From contig JAJRYD010000003.1 in NCBI GenBank assembly GCA_024275955.1, forward strand, positions 10,471 through 74,470: a DNA stretch of 64,000 bases. Reading direction: 5' to 3'. A model generated the notes under the pieces. That model had not been told where the DNA came from. It ran no database searches and saw only the letters and a list, made by a program, of their open reading frames with translations. Position 1 is the first letter of the stretch. The number at the start of each line of letters is the position of its first letter. The position numbers were made by a program, and so were the translations under genes. This DNA is from Nitrospirota bacterium (GTDB lineage Bacteria; Nitrospinota_A; UBA7883; JACRGQ01). This document shows positions 19,425 through 29,804 of the stretch, one piece after another.

Positions 19425-20137
19425 TGAAACTCTTTCACCGCCGCCGCGAGATCTATAGCTTTTGTGTAAAGCGCTTTGCCTATAATAGCTCCGCTTACTC
19501 CCTCTATTTTGGAAAGAGCCAAAAGGTCATCGCTGGAAGATACTCCGCCGGATGCTATTAACGGAAATGGAGAAGCGAGGGCCATCTCTTTTATCGCGTC
19601 GATGTTTACTCCCTGCATCATTCCGTCGCGCGATATGTCGGTGAAGACTACCGCGGCAAGGGGCCAGCTTTTTAGTTTTCCCATAAGCTCTTTGCCTGTA
19701 AGCGTGGATGATGTTACCCATCCGTCGCCTGTTGCCATATTTTCTTTCACATCAATACCGGCTACTACCTTGTGTCGATATTTTTCGGCAATAGCGCGCG
19801 CGCTGTCTGAGTCTTTTAACAAAAGCGAGCCGATAACAATCCTGCTTACCCCCGCGTCGAAATAAGCGGCGGCGGTAGAGATGTTTCTTATCCCTCCTCC
19901 AAGCTGTATAGGAGTTTTGACCGCCTTACAGATATCTTTTACCAGCTCCCCGTTTTTCGGCAGACCTTCAAACGCTCCGTCTAGGTCTACTATATGAATA
20001 AGCTCGGCCCCGCCCTCTTCCCACTTTTTTGCCTGCTCGACAGGGTTGTCGGAAAATACGGTTTCCCTCTCCATATCACCTTGAATAAGACGGACGCAAC
20101 GCCCGCCTTTTAAATCTATTGCCGGTATTATTTGCAT
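19418..20137 (-). CDS. hisA: ProFAR isomerase
   Basis: [29 protein letters not shown]. Confidence 0.97.
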   Translation of the reverse strand: MQIIPAIDLKGGRCVRLIQGDMERETVFSDNPVEQAKKWEEGGAELIHIVDLDGAFEGLPKNGELVKDICKAVKTPIQLGGGIRNISTAAAYFDAGVSRIVIGSLLLKDSDSARAIAEKYRHKVVAGIDVKENMATGDGWVTSSTLTGKELMGKLKSWPLAAVVFTDISRDGMMQGVNIDAIKEMALASPFPLIASGGVSSSDDLLALSKIEGVSGAIIGKALYTKAIDLAAAVKEFQC

Positions 20138-20261
20138 CGCAAGATTCTACACCTCTGGATGCAGGTTTACCAGTACGGTATGCGCTATAACAGCCAAAGG
20201 GCTCTCCGAACGGTTAGCCGGCATACTAAGCTGAAAAAATTTAGAAAATAGATTACGACGA

Positions 20262-21191
20262 TTATTTAGCGTTTTTGAGAATCTGGCATAGATGCTCCGT
20301 GCAAAGAAAGAACGAGTGCATAAACTCATGTCTAGGTATAACCTTTGCTTCCAAATTAGTTTTATCGCCTTTAGCATTCAGGTACGCAAGACGAACCTTA
20401 TCTTTCCCCTCTACCTCCTCTGCCCAGTAGCAGTTTTCGCCGCCGCCGATAACATTTACCTTTTCGTGGTACTGCCCGTTTATCTTGCCGTCCACAAGAG
20501 TAGCGGTCGGCTCGTCGCTTAAAACCTTCGCGCCGGCAGTGCTGGAATGAAAAGATGCTCCGCCGCCGGCACCTTTTGCAAGGTTTTCCTTAGAAACAGT
20601 AACTACCTTCTGTGGCTTTTCCGGTTCGGCAGGTTTAGACGATTCGTTTACCAGCTTTTCCAACGCCTTTAGCTCGGCCGGGGAGCGCTTTGTTTGTTTC
20701 TTTTCCACGACTGTCTGCATCTCAAACGGGTTTGACCCGCCTCCCATGCTAAAGCTTTGGATAATCGGCTCAGCTTTTCCCGATAACGCTATAGCTATTT
20801 TTTCTTTAAAGTCGGACTGTTTGAACGGTTTTATAAGGTAGGCGGTCGTCCCTGCTTTTGAGGCCATCATAAAACGGGGCTGGTGCTTGGGGTCAGCTAT
20901 AACAAGAATGCCGTACCTGCCGGAATATCTCTGTTTAAAACTTTTTATAAACGGCAGGTAGCCTTTAGAAGGGGTGTCCCAATCTATAATTAAAAGATCG
21001 ATCCCGAGCCTCGGCGTAGCCGGCCCAAACGCCATTGCCGATTTATCTACATTCTTCGATACCTCGGCGTCAAACTCTGCTTTAAGGCCTACGGAAATGA
21101 CATCGGCATACCCCGACTTTCTGCACATAATATCGACAATATGGCGAACCTTTTCATCATCAATAAAAACCAGAATTTTTTTGTTGCTAAT
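20262..21191 (-). CDS. Receiver-domain protein with unnamed C-terminal domain (CTEHLC); probable ATT start
   Basis: Frame extends 21 codons upstream of 21128 (ISNKKILVFIDDE = REC beta1) to ATT 21191, 7 nt after AAGGAG; in-frame TGA two codons further upstream; LLIIDWD and KPF motifs. Confidence 0.75.
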   Translation of the reverse strand: MSNKKILVFIDDEKVRHIVDIMCRKSGYADVISVGLKAEFDAEVSKNVDKSAMAFGPATPRLGIDLLIIDWDTPSKGYLPFIKSFKQRYSGRYGILVIADPKHQPRFMMASKAGTTAYLIKPFKQSDFKEKIAIALSGKAEPIIQSFSMGGGSNPFEMQTVVEKKQTKRSPAELKALEKLVNESSKPAEPEKPQKVVTVSKENLAKGAGGGASFHSSTAGAKVLSDEPTATLVDGKINGQYHEKVNVIGGGENCYWAEEVEGKDKVRLAYLNAKGDKTNLEAKVIPRHEFMHSFFLCTEHLCQILKNAK

Positions 21192-21202
21192 CTCTCAGCT
21201 CC

Positions 21203-22363
21203 TTAAAGGATTGCCGTAGAAGAAGCCAAGATAGCCAAAACCTTTTTCCGGTCATCTTCCTGTTGACTTAGTGTCAATGTTAACCTCAAACGAGACGAGC
21301 CTTCAGGAACCGTCGGAGGACGTATAGCCTGAACATAGACCGCTTCGCTCCAAAAACTGTTCTCAAGTTCCAATGCCGTACCAGCATTACCTGTAACTAT
21401 AGGTATTATATAACTTTTTGACCCGCTAGCAATATTTAACTCTGCCATTTTTGAATTAAAGTCTTTCACTATTTCCAAAAACCGCTCTCTTTCTTTGGTA
21501 AAACTGCCAAGAATATCAACAGCGGTAACAGCTCCCATCGCTATTGCCGGGGGGATGGCGGTAGAATAAATAAAGCTTCTTGCATGGTTTATAAGATAGC
21601 TGTAAAGCTCTGCCGAGCCGCACGCGAAAGCACCGGAAACACCAGCCGCCTTACCTAACGTGCCGACCAAAACATCAATTTTACCTTCATTTTCAAATAG
21701 TTCTGGTGTCCCCCTGCCGTTTGCCCCAAGCACGCCAAAAGCATGGGCATCGTCTAGGTATATTCTGGCATCGTACTTTTTGGCTAGTCCGCAGATATCC
21801 GGCAAAGGTGCTATATCTCCATCCATGCTAAAAAGGCCATCGGTGATAATCCACCTCTCTCTGGCGAAACGATACTTTACGAGAAGCTTCTCCAGCGCCT
21901 CCATATCGAGGTGCCGGTACCGCCTGAATTCGGCTTTGGAAAGGAGACATCCATCAACCAGCGAGGCATGGTTAAGCTTGTCGCAAAGCAAAATATCGCC
22001 TTTGCCGGTGATTGCCGGAATAATGCCGATGTTTGCCGCGTAGCCGGAATTAAAGAGAAGCACCGCCTCTGCCTGCATAAAATTTTTGAGCTTTTCTTCC
22101 AGAATAGAGTGCGCCGATGTTGAACCAGAAACAAGCCTCGACGCGCAGGCACCAGCGCCGAACCTTTCGACAGCACCGCGCATCGCGTTTTTCAGTTCAG
22201 GGTGCTGGGAAAGCCCCAAATAATCGTTGGAACAAAAAACAAGATATTCCCTGCCGGCAAGCTTCGCTCTGCCGCCGCGCGACCCTTCAAAAACTTTTAT
22301 CTCTCTAAAAAGGTTTTCGCTTTTTAGTTTTTCGATTTTGTCCGTAATTCTTTTTTTAAACAT
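21203..22363 (-). CDS. bioF: 8-amino-7-oxononanoate synthase
   Basis: SNDYLGL, NHASLVDG, FSMDGD, DDAHAFG, TLGKA, IRPPTVP. Confidence 0.93.
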   Translation of the reverse strand: MFKKRITDKIEKLKSENLFREIKVFEGSRGGRAKLAGREYLVFCSNDYLGLSQHPELKNAMRGAVERFGAGACASRLVSGSTSAHSILEEKLKNFMQAEAVLLFNSGYAANIGIIPAITGKGDILLCDKLNHASLVDGCLLSKAEFRRYRHLDMEALEKLLVKYRFARERWIITDGLFSMDGDIAPLPDICGLAKKYDARIYLDDAHAFGVLGANGRGTPELFENEGKIDVLVGTLGKAAGVSGAFACGSAELYSYLINHARSFIYSTAIPPAIAMGAVTAVDILGSFTKERERFLEIVKDFNSKMAELNIASGSKSYIIPIVTGNAGTALELENSFWSEAVYVQAIRPPTVPEGSSRLRLTLTLSQQEDDRKKVLAILASSTAIL

Positions 22364-22413
22364 AAAAAGAGACTGCCCGAAAAATGCCGTAGACGCTTTA
22401 CAGCTTTAAAAAA

Positions 22414-23427
22414 TCAGGAACCAACCTCAAGCCCGAGGTCTTCGACCATTTTGATATCGTCCTCCGCTTTTCTGCCTCTGGTGGTAAGGTAGTTGCCAAG
22501 CATCGTCGAATTCGCCCCCGCAAAGAAAATGAACGATTGAACATCGCGAAGGTTTACTTCCCTTCCGCCTGCCACTTTTAAATCTCTCTCCGGCAGAAAA
22601 AGGCGATAGACGGCGATGATAGAAAGAATTTCGAGAGGAGTAAGCGGTTTCGCATTTTCCAGCTTGGTGCCTTCTATCGGGTTAAGAAAATTTAGCGGTA
22701 TCGACCCGACTTCCAGCCTTCTTAGCTCAACAGCCATCTCTATCCTTTGCTCGTTATTTTCGCCCATGCCGAAAATACCTCCACTGCATAGGCGCAGTCC
22801 GGCGTTTCTTGCCGCCTCTATCGTGGCGACATTCTCGTCGTAGGAACGGGTGGAACATATATTGGGATAAAAGCTTCTTGCTGTTTCAAGGTTATGGTGA
22901 AACTCCTGCAGTCCCGCCTCCTTTAAGGCGACCGCCTCTTCCTCGTTAATAACGCCAAGCGACGCACAGCGGTGAATGCCTACCTTGCCTTTCATCTCTC
23001 TTATAGATTCGAGAATCAGTTCAAAATCTCCAGCCCTGTCGTTGGGCCCTTTGCCGCTGGTAACGATGCCGAATTTCATCGCGCCATTGCCTATCGCCTC
23101 ATTGGCGGCCTTAACTATCTCTCCGCTTTTCATCAATCCGTACTCCGGCACATCGGCATCATGGCCGGAATACTGCGGGCAAAAAGCGCAATCCTCCGAA
23201 CAAAGCCCCGACCTTGCGTTGACGATGGAGCAGAGTGAAATGCTGGCTCCTTTATGCTTTCTGCGCACGGCATCGGCGGCGGCGATAAGATCCATTATAT
23301 TTTCCGGCGGAAGTTCGAGTAACTCTATAGCCTCCTGCTCGGAAACAGGGTCAAGCCTCAACGCTTTTTCCCTGCACTCTTCGATAAGCCTGCGGCCGGT
23401 AGAGACCGCTACACCAGAACCGCTCAT
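22414..23427 (-). CDS. bioB: Biotin synthase
   Basis: CSEDCAFCPQ radical SAM motif, HHNLET, AGGRE, GNYLTT. Confidence 0.96.
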   Translation of the reverse strand: MSGSGVAVSTGRRLIEECREKALRLDPVSEQEAIELLELPPENIMDLIAAADAVRRKHKGASISLCSIVNARSGLCSEDCAFCPQYSGHDADVPEYGLMKSGEIVKAANEAIGNGAMKFGIVTSGKGPNDRAGDFELILESIREMKGKVGIHRCASLGVINEEEAVALKEAGLQEFHHNLETARSFYPNICSTRSYDENVATIEAARNAGLRLCSGGIFGMGENNEQRIEMAVELRRLEVGSIPLNFLNPIEGTKLENAKPLTPLEILSIIAVYRLFLPERDLKVAGGREVNLRDVQSFIFFAGANSTMLGNYLTTRGRKAEDDIKMVEDLGLEVGS

Positions 23428-23903
23428 CCGCTTTCCGTGGCTACTTTTACACGGACATAGTCCGGCCCCGGCCTTGTATCTTTGCGCATTTTTATTGTTA
23501 AGACTCCATTTATAAAAGTAGCCGATATATCATCTTCCATCACGGAAGACGGCAGACGAAAGGTTCTTTGAAAAGGGCCGTAGCTTCTCTCTACTCTTAA
23601 AAACTTTTCACCCTCTTTTTTGTTAAATTTTCTTTGCCCCTGTATCGTTATGAAATTATTGTGTACCTCTATTTTTATATCGTCTAGGTCTACGCCGGGT
23701 ATATCTGAGTGGAGGTTAATGCTGTCGGATGTTTCGTATAGATCTACATGGGGCGCCCATGTGCGGGCGATTGCCGGTATCGACGAATTCTCGCTCTCAA
23801 AAAAACTTCTGACGCTATCCTGCAGATGTATAATCTCCTTGAGCGTTCCCTTTTTTCTCTGCCCCAAAATCTCCTCCAAAAACCACAAATGATGAACCAC
23901 CAT
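23424..23903 (-). CDS. Hsp20/alpha-crystallin protein
   Basis: WAPHVDLYE, ERSYGPFQRTFRLP, NGVLTI. Confidence 0.92.
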   Translation of the reverse strand: MVVHHLWFLEEILGQRKKGTLKEIIHLQDSVRSFFESENSSIPAIARTWAPHVDLYETSDSINLHSDIPGVDLDDIKIEVHNNFITIQGQRKFNKKEGEKFLRVERSYGPFQRTFRLPSSVMEDDISATFINGVLTIKMRKDTRPGPDYVRVKVATESG

Positions 23904-23938
23904 TATAAACCGACTTGGCCCCTACCTGTCGACCAGCG

Positions 23939-25009
23939 TTATATGGATAATATCAGCTCGGCCGCCTTTATATCGCCGTCGCCCGCATCAGTTTTCATAC
24001 CTTTTCTAAATTTCATATCTGCCCTCAGGCACTTTTCCAGCCCAGAGCCGGAGAAAAGCTCTTTGTGGGAAATATATCTTGTTGGGATGTAACCGCTTAA
24101 ATCCTCTGCAAGCGGAGCATATTCGGCAAATTTCCCGCGAGAGGTGTACAAAAGTGGCCTGCGGTTAAAAATGGTTTCGCAGGCGATACCGTACCCCGGC
24201 TTTGAAAAAACAATATCGCTAGCTTTAACAAGGTCGGCATGATCTACCTGCTTATTGCTAAAAGTTAAGAGGTTTCCGCTTCTCCGGGCTTTCTCGGCCA
24301 AAAACAGAAACTGAAAATCTTTAAGCTTTTCGAGCCTCAAATTTTTCATATCTCCAAACCCGAACCCGCCGAATGAAAACATTACGGCAGGTCTATCGTC
24401 TATTTTCAGCTCCTCCCGTATCTCCCCTGTTTCGCGCGACGACCTCTTGCCTATTAACGGCACCAACTCCTTTTTCGCAAAATCGCCGATGCCGTAGGTG
24501 AAAGGCGTATTGATAACAAGGTCGGCTGACCGATAATATTCGCCTACCGTTTTAGAGAGTTCGGCGAAACGCAGGTCGTCATCTTTGTAAAAATCTAGTA
24601 TCCAATCCCATGTAAAGGTAGCTACAAGTATCGACGGCAAAGAGGCAAGTTTTGCCAGACGAACGGCGAACGGAACTATGTCGGAAACGACGGCAAAAGG
24701 TTTTAACATGGAAACAATATTGAGATGTTCATCCATCCATCTTTTTTCATCGCCGAGAAGAAGGCTCCACTGCTCGAAAGTTTTCTCCAAATCGTTTGTA
24801 AGAGAGTTTTCCTGCACCACTCCTATATCGACAAGGCAGTTACGATAGCCGAACTCTATTCCTTTTAAATTGCATTCGAAAATATATTTGGGGGCGGATG
24901 AAACTATCTCTGTCCTCACACCTTTCGCGTAAAGTTTTCTTATAATCATAGCCGAGCGGACAGCATGGCCGAACCCATGCCCGCTAATGTAGTAAAGAAC
25001 CGTTTTCAT
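23939..25009 (-). CDS. GT-B fold glycosyltransferase-like protein
   Basis: YYISGHGFGHAVR, SFGG, KPGYG, R..FAEY. Confidence 0.75.
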   Translation of the reverse strand: MKTVLYYISGHGFGHAVRSAMIIRKLYAKGVRTEIVSSAPKYIFECNLKGIEFGYRNCLVDIGVVQENSLTNDLEKTFEQWSLLLGDEKRWMDEHLNIVSMLKPFAVVSDIVPFAVRLAKLASLPSILVATFTWDWILDFYKDDDLRFAELSKTVGEYYRSADLVINTPFTYGIGDFAKKELVPLIGKRSSRETGEIREELKIDDRPAVMFSFGGFGFGDMKNLRLEKLKDFQFLFLAEKARRSGNLLTFSNKQVDHADLVKASDIVFSKPGYGIACETIFNRRPLLYTSRGKFAEYAPLAEDLSGYIPTRYISHKELFSGSGLEKCLRADMKFRKGMKTDAGDGDIKAAELILSI

Positions 25010-25022
25010 ATCATCGGCACCG

Positions 25023-25901
25023 CTAATGTTGCTTGCGCCGTTGCCGGAGGTTCAGTCTTATATTGTCGGTCAAGCGTTTTCCGCCAACAAAGGCGGCAAC
25101 GAAAACTAATGCCTCTTTCGATTTACCCCAAAGAGGTTCAAGCGTTTTCGCGTCGGCTATTTCCGCGTAATCAAGCTGTACTGCCGGAGCCTCCTTTTTA
25201 AGCATTTTCTTCATTCCGGCAAGTGCCGACGTTGCCGACTTTGCGCCGTTCTTTTTCATTTCTGTCTTTGCGAAAACAAGAGCGCGGTATATCGCCTTTG
25301 CCGCTTTTTTCTCTTGGCCGCTTAAAAGGGCGTTGCGCGAAGAGAGCGCCAGCCGGTCTCTCCCTCTGACAGTCGGGCATCCGCATATTTTTACCTGCAT
25401 ATTAAAATCGTCAACCATCTTTTTTATAAGAGCAAACTGGTGCGGGTCTTTAAGGCCAAAATAGGCGCGTGTAGGGTTTACGATATTGAAAAGCTTCATC
25501 ACCACTATCAACACGCCTTTATAGTGCCACGAGAGTTTTTGAGATTTAAGCGCCTTGAAGAGATTCGGCAAAACTACCTGCGCCGAAAAACCATTAGGGT
25601 AAATCTGCTTTTCGGAAGGAGCAAACAGGATATCGGCTCCCGCCTTTTTTGCTATTGCGGCATCGCCTTTAAGGTTTCTTGGGTAATTCAGGAATGCCAT
25701 CTTCCTGAACTGAAGCCTATTTACAAAAACAGAAACAACTACTATGTCGTTTTCCTTTTTTGCTTTTTTTATAAGAGATAGATGTCCATCATGGAGTGCG
25801 CCGAGCGTCGGAACAAACCCTATTGATTTGCCGGAATGTTTAAGGGAAGATACGGTTTTCAGCATTACGGAAACCGATGAAACTTTTTTGAACCGGAACA
25901 C
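25023..25901 (-). CDS. panC: Pantoate-beta-alanine ligase (divergent)
   Basis: PTLGALHDGH, YFGLKD, LALSSRN, RLTDN. Confidence 0.85.
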   Translation of the reverse strand: MFRFKKVSSVSVMLKTVSSLKHSGKSIGFVPTLGALHDGHLSLIKKAKKENDIVVVSVFVNRLQFRKMAFLNYPRNLKGDAAIAKKAGADILFAPSEKQIYPNGFSAQVVLPNLFKALKSQKLSWHYKGVLIVVMKLFNIVNPTRAYFGLKDPHQFALIKKMVDDFNMQVKICGCPTVRGRDRLALSSRNALLSGQEKKAAKAIYRALVFAKTEMKKNGAKSATSALAGMKKMLKKEAPAVQLDYAEIADAKTLEPLWGKSKEALVFVAAFVGGKRLTDNIRLNLRQRRKQH

Positions 25902-25924
25902 TTATAAAAAAGGCAACTTGCGGA

Positions 25925-26491
25925 TTAGTTGCTCTCTATCCCTTTTATTTTTTGGTTGAGGCGCAGGTTGTCTTTTTTGAGCTTTCCCAGTTCGTCCTGC
26001 AAAAACGCTCTTTCGTAATTTATTTCAGTCGCGGCCTTCTCTTTATCGTCCTTAAGGGAAAGAAGCGCGGTGTAAGCCGCTTCCAGCCCCTCGGTTTTTT
26101 TAAGTAACTCTCTGTCAGTTTCCCGTTCCCGCAATACCCGCTCCACCTTGGCTTTAAGCTCTTCCACGCTAAAAGGCTTTGTTATAAAATCTACGGCACC
26201 TGCCTCAATAACATCTATAAACGAATATTGTGAGGTATGCGCAGTCATTATGATTACATCAATGCCGTGCAGGTTTCTCTGGACATGCTTTAAAAGCTGA
26301 ATGCCGTCCATATTCGGCATGCGGACATCCGCTATAACTACTTGGAACCGGCCGGAACCAAGCTTCTCTATCGCATCAAGGCCGTCAACCGCAGGTTCGG
26401 ATTCAATACCCATTGATTTCAGGATACGCGCGACCATATGCCGCAACACCTCTTCGTCATCAACAACGAGCGCTTTTATACTTTCCTCCAT
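25925..26491 (-). CDS. Response regulator, REC plus coiled coil
   Basis: VVDDE, ADVRMP, MT, KPF; helical tail without DNA-binding domain. Confidence 0.85.
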   Translation of the reverse strand: MEESIKALVVDDEEVLRHMVARILKSMGIESEPAVDGLDAIEKLGSGRFQVVIADVRMPNMDGIQLLKHVQRNLHGIDVIIMTAHTSQYSFIDVIEAGAVDFITKPFSVEELKAKVERVLRERETDRELLKKTEGLEAAYTALLSLKDDKEKAATEINYERAFLQDELGKLKKDNLRLNQKIKGIESN

Positions 26492-26540
26492 AACATAGCC
26501 TCAAACCTATCACAATAAGTAGATAAATGTCGATACATGC

Positions 26541-27179
26541 CTATTGTTTAGATTTTTTAAAAAAATAGGTTTTGTTCTCCTCTCCTCTTAAGAGTCTTCT
26601 AATATTGGACCTGTGGGTTATTATAATAACAACCGCCAAAAGAGTCACTACAAGATATATTTCCAACGAATATACGATGCCGAAGCTGTAGTACGAAATA
26701 AGGCAAATCAGTGGAAGCGAAACTGCCGCTCCGATAGAACCCAACGAGACATAATGAGTTATGGAAGTAATCAAAACATAGAGAGCTATCGCCAAAAGGA
26801 GTGGAACCGGAATGAGCGCCAGCATCACCCCAGCGGCCGAGGCAACCCCTTTGCCTCCCTTGAACCGAGCAAAGAGAGTGAATATATGACCGGCAACAGC
26901 CGAAAAACCGCATAGAATCATTATCTGCTCTGCTGAAAAAGTATCTGAAAATAAATTTTGTGAAATCCATTTTGTCGCCGCAAATCCTTTCAAAATATCA
27001 AACCCGAGAACAGCTATATACAGCTTTAAGCCGGCAACACGGTATAGGTTTGTCGCTCCGGCATTTCTGCTCCCTGTTGTTCTAATGTCGATACCGGCAA
27101 TCAACCGGCCGGCAATAAGCGCTGTCGGTATAGAGCCGAGTATGTACGCGGCAACTATCCCGACGTATAACGGCACCAT
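26541..27179 (-). CDS. plsY: Glycerol-3-phosphate acyltransferase
   Basis: GSIP, GSRNAGATN, FKGGKGVA, HRSNIRRL. Confidence 0.95.
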   Translation of the reverse strand: MVPLYVGIVAAYILGSIPTALIAGRLIAGIDIRTTGSRNAGATNLYRVAGLKLYIAVLGFDILKGFAATKWISQNLFSDTFSAEQIMILCGFSAVAGHIFTLFARFKGGKGVASAAGVMLALIPVPLLLAIALYVLITSITHYVSLGSIGAAVSLPLICLISYYSFGIVYSLEIYLVVTLLAVVIIITHRSNIRRLLRGEENKTYFFKKSKQ

Positions 27180-27360
27180 ATTTTAAAACCTCATCTAAGG
27201 GAACAAAACATCTCTATTAAGCGATAGATTATACCTTGTAGGCACCGGCTAAGAGCATACCAAATAGGTACTGCCGTACAGCTTCAAAAATATATTGCTA
27301 ACAACGGCAAAACCTGTTACTTTTCCCCATGAAAAGTGAGTGATACGAAGATGGGGGTCT

Positions 27361-27990
27361 ATGAAAAAATATTTGTTACTTTTGCTGTTAGCTGTTTTCG
27401 GTCTCTCTTTCCAATCGCCTGTTTACGCGCAAGAGGCTGAGGAACTAGAAGAATTTGTTGAAATCGAGGGAATTGACTACTGGGTCCTCAACATGAACCT
27501 GCTTAGCGGCAACAAGGCATTCACAAGCGGTAGCCTTTGGGGAGATGGACATGCCAAAGTTACTCAGGCGTGGGATATAAGCATCGACATGGGAAGAGAC
27601 AGCTGGCCGTTAAGACTTTTGTTTGGAGCAACCAGATCTGCCTCTAAAAAACGGGTCGTTGTCGGCGGCACAAACTACAGAACCGAAGTTTCCGAGGTAT
27701 ACGCCGGAGTTAGAAAATATCTTGGAAAAAGAGCATTGAGGCTCTATTTTGGCGCCGGAGTGGCAGGGATCGGCGGCCTAATCGAAACAGAAACCACCAC
27801 AAGCAAAACCAGATACAGCGAGACGGCGCTGGGGCCTTTTGTGAATGGCGGAATGTTGATTGATATGAGCGATACCTATCACATCGGTGTTGACGTACGG
27901 CAAATATATGGAACAAAAGTAACTATAGATGGCAAAGAAGGCTCTCTCGATTACCTTCAAGCGGGGTTGCTGATAGGAGTTCATTGGTAA
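27361..27990 (+). CDS. Small outer-membrane beta-barrel protein
   Basis: Signal peptide; alternating beta strands; C-terminal aromatic (GVHW). Confidence 0.7.
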   Translation: MKKYLLLLLLAVFGLSFQSPVYAQEAEELEEFVEIEGIDYWVLNMNLLSGNKAFTSGSLWGDGHAKVTQAWDISIDMGRDSWPLRLLFGATRSASKKRVVVGGTNYRTEVSEVYAGVRKYLGKRALRLYFGAGVAGIGGLIETETTTSKTRYSETALGPFVNGGMLIDMSDTYHIGVDVRQIYGTKVTIDGKEGSLDYLQAGLLIGVHW

Positions 27991-28141
27991 CAGACCGGCC
28001 TTAATAGCCTCCCTATGCTTAGAAATTTCTGCATACTTAGCGATTACGGTTTTCACGCAGTTGGCCGTCTCCGGTAGGGCTTCTTTGCTACAGATAATTT
28101 TTCGGCTTTTTTTCGGCTTTAGATAGTGTAGAGTAGGCGGT

Positions 28142-28723
28142 ATGGGAAGTGTAAGGGCGTTTATTGCCGTAAAGATTTACAAAAAAACCTGCGAAAGCTT
28201 TGCCGAAATCATACAAAAATTTAAAGATTCGCATGCCGATGTCAGCTGGGTTCATCTGGAAAATCTCCATATAACCTTAAAATTTCTCGGGAATATAGAT
28301 TCCGGAAATATCACCCCGATTAACAAAACCCTTTCAAAGCTTGCCGAAAATTTTAAAGCTTTCGAGCTTCGGATAAAGGGAATAGGCGCTATACCTAACC
28401 CCAGCTATCCCCGAGTGGTCATTGCCGGCCTTGCCGGTGAAAACAAAACACTCAACAAACTTGCCGCGGTAATCGAATCTGCCCTTGAACCGCTTGGAAT
28501 AAAGAGGGAGGAGCGCTTGTTTCTGCCGCACCTAACACTCGGTAGGGTAAAATCGTTCAAGTCGAAAACTATGCTGATGAATAAAATAAGAGAATATCAC
28601 GACAGAGAAATTGTAAGAATGCTGGTAGATAAATTTCATTTTATGAAAAGCGAATTGATGCCGGGTAGGCCTGTTTATTCGGACATATCCGAAATGCCTT
28701 TAAAAATTGGAGAGGGAAAATGA
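28142..28723 (+). CDS. thpR: RNA 2',3'-cyclic phosphodiesterase
   Basis: Two HxT motifs ([15 protein letters not shown]); upstream of recA. Confidence 0.92.
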   Translation: MGSVRAFIAVKIYKKTCESFAEIIQKFKDSHADVSWVHLENLHITLKFLGNIDSGNITPINKTLSKLAENFKAFELRIKGIGAIPNPSYPRVVIAGLAGENKTLNKLAAVIESALEPLGIKREERLFLPHLTLGRVKSFKSKTMLMNKIREYHDREIVRMLVDKFHFMKSELMPGRPVYSDISEMPLKIGEGK

Positions 28724-29802
28724 CTGAAATAAACTCGGAAAAGAAAAAAGCTCTTGATATCGCTTTCTCGCAGATAGAAAAGAATTTTGGAAAAGGCTCC
28801 GTAATGCTGATGGGAGACTCCACGCCGAAGATAGCGGCAGATAACGTAATATCTACCGGAGCGCTTTCGATAGATTCGGCTCTCGGGATAGGAGGCATTC
28901 CACGAGGCAGGGTGGTAGAAATTTTCGGGCCGGAGTCGTCCGGCAAAACCACACTTACACTGCATATCATAGCCAACGCGCAAAAAAACGGCGGTATTGC
29001 CGCCTTTGTCGATGCCGAGCATGCTCTAGACCCTCTCTACGCCGGAAAACTTGGAGTAGACATAGATAACCTTGTAATATCCCAGCCCGATACAGGCGAG
29101 CAGGCTTTGGAAATAGTCGAAACGCTCGTACGCTCGGGCGCGTGCGATGTCGTGGTGGTCGATTCCGTAGCCGCCCTTACCCCAAGCGCGGAAATAGAGG
29201 GCGACATGGGCGACGCTCAGATGGGCCTGCAGGCAAGGCTTATGAGCCAAGCCTTGAGAAAGCTTACCGCTATAATATCCAAGTCTGGTACCTGCGTTAT
29301 TTTTATAAACCAAATAAGAATGAAGATAGGCGTTATGTTTGGAAGCCCCGAAACGACGACAGGCGGTAACGCGCTTAAGTTCTACTCAAGTATCAGGATA
29401 GACATAAGAAGAATCGCCGCTATCAAAGATAAAGGAGAGGTTATAGGAAACCGTACGCGCGTAAAAATAGTCAAAAATAAACTTGCTCCTCCGTTCCGTC
29501 AATCGGAGTGCGATATCATTTTCGGGCAAGGCGTATCGTGGGAAGGAGACCTTATAGACCTCGGCGTTGAAAACGGGATAATAGAAAAATCTGGCTCGTG
29601 GTACTCGTACAAGAAGGAAAAAATAGGACAGGGACGCGAACAGGCAAAACAGTTTATGAAAGAGAACCCGGGTACCGCCGCCAAAATAGACGGCGTCTTG
29701 CGTGAAAAGCTAGGCCTGAAACCAAAAACAGGGCTAAAAGCCGATGCGGCGGAAACTTCCGGCGAAAAGAAAAACGGCAAAGGAGCAAAAGTTAAAAGCT
29801 GA
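28720..29802 (+). CDS. recA: Recombinase A
   Basis: [29 protein letters not shown]. Confidence 0.99.
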   Translation: MTEINSEKKKALDIAFSQIEKNFGKGSVMLMGDSTPKIAADNVISTGALSIDSALGIGGIPRGRVVEIFGPESSGKTTLTLHIIANAQKNGGIAAFVDAEHALDPLYAGKLGVDIDNLVISQPDTGEQALEIVETLVRSGACDVVVVDSVAALTPSAEIEGDMGDAQMGLQARLMSQALRKLTAIISKSGTCVIFINQIRMKIGVMFGSPETTTGGNALKFYSSIRIDIRRIAAIKDKGEVIGNRTRVKIVKNKLAPPFRQSECDIIFGQGVSWEGDLIDLGVENGIIEKSGSWYSYKKEKIGQGREQAKQFMKENPGTAAKIDGVLREKLGLKPKTGLKADAAETSGEKKNGKGAKVKS

Positions 29803-29804
29803 CA

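Noticed and set aside
28000-28141. LexA/SOS box before thpR-recA
   Set aside because: No palindrome matching a LexA motif I can recognise
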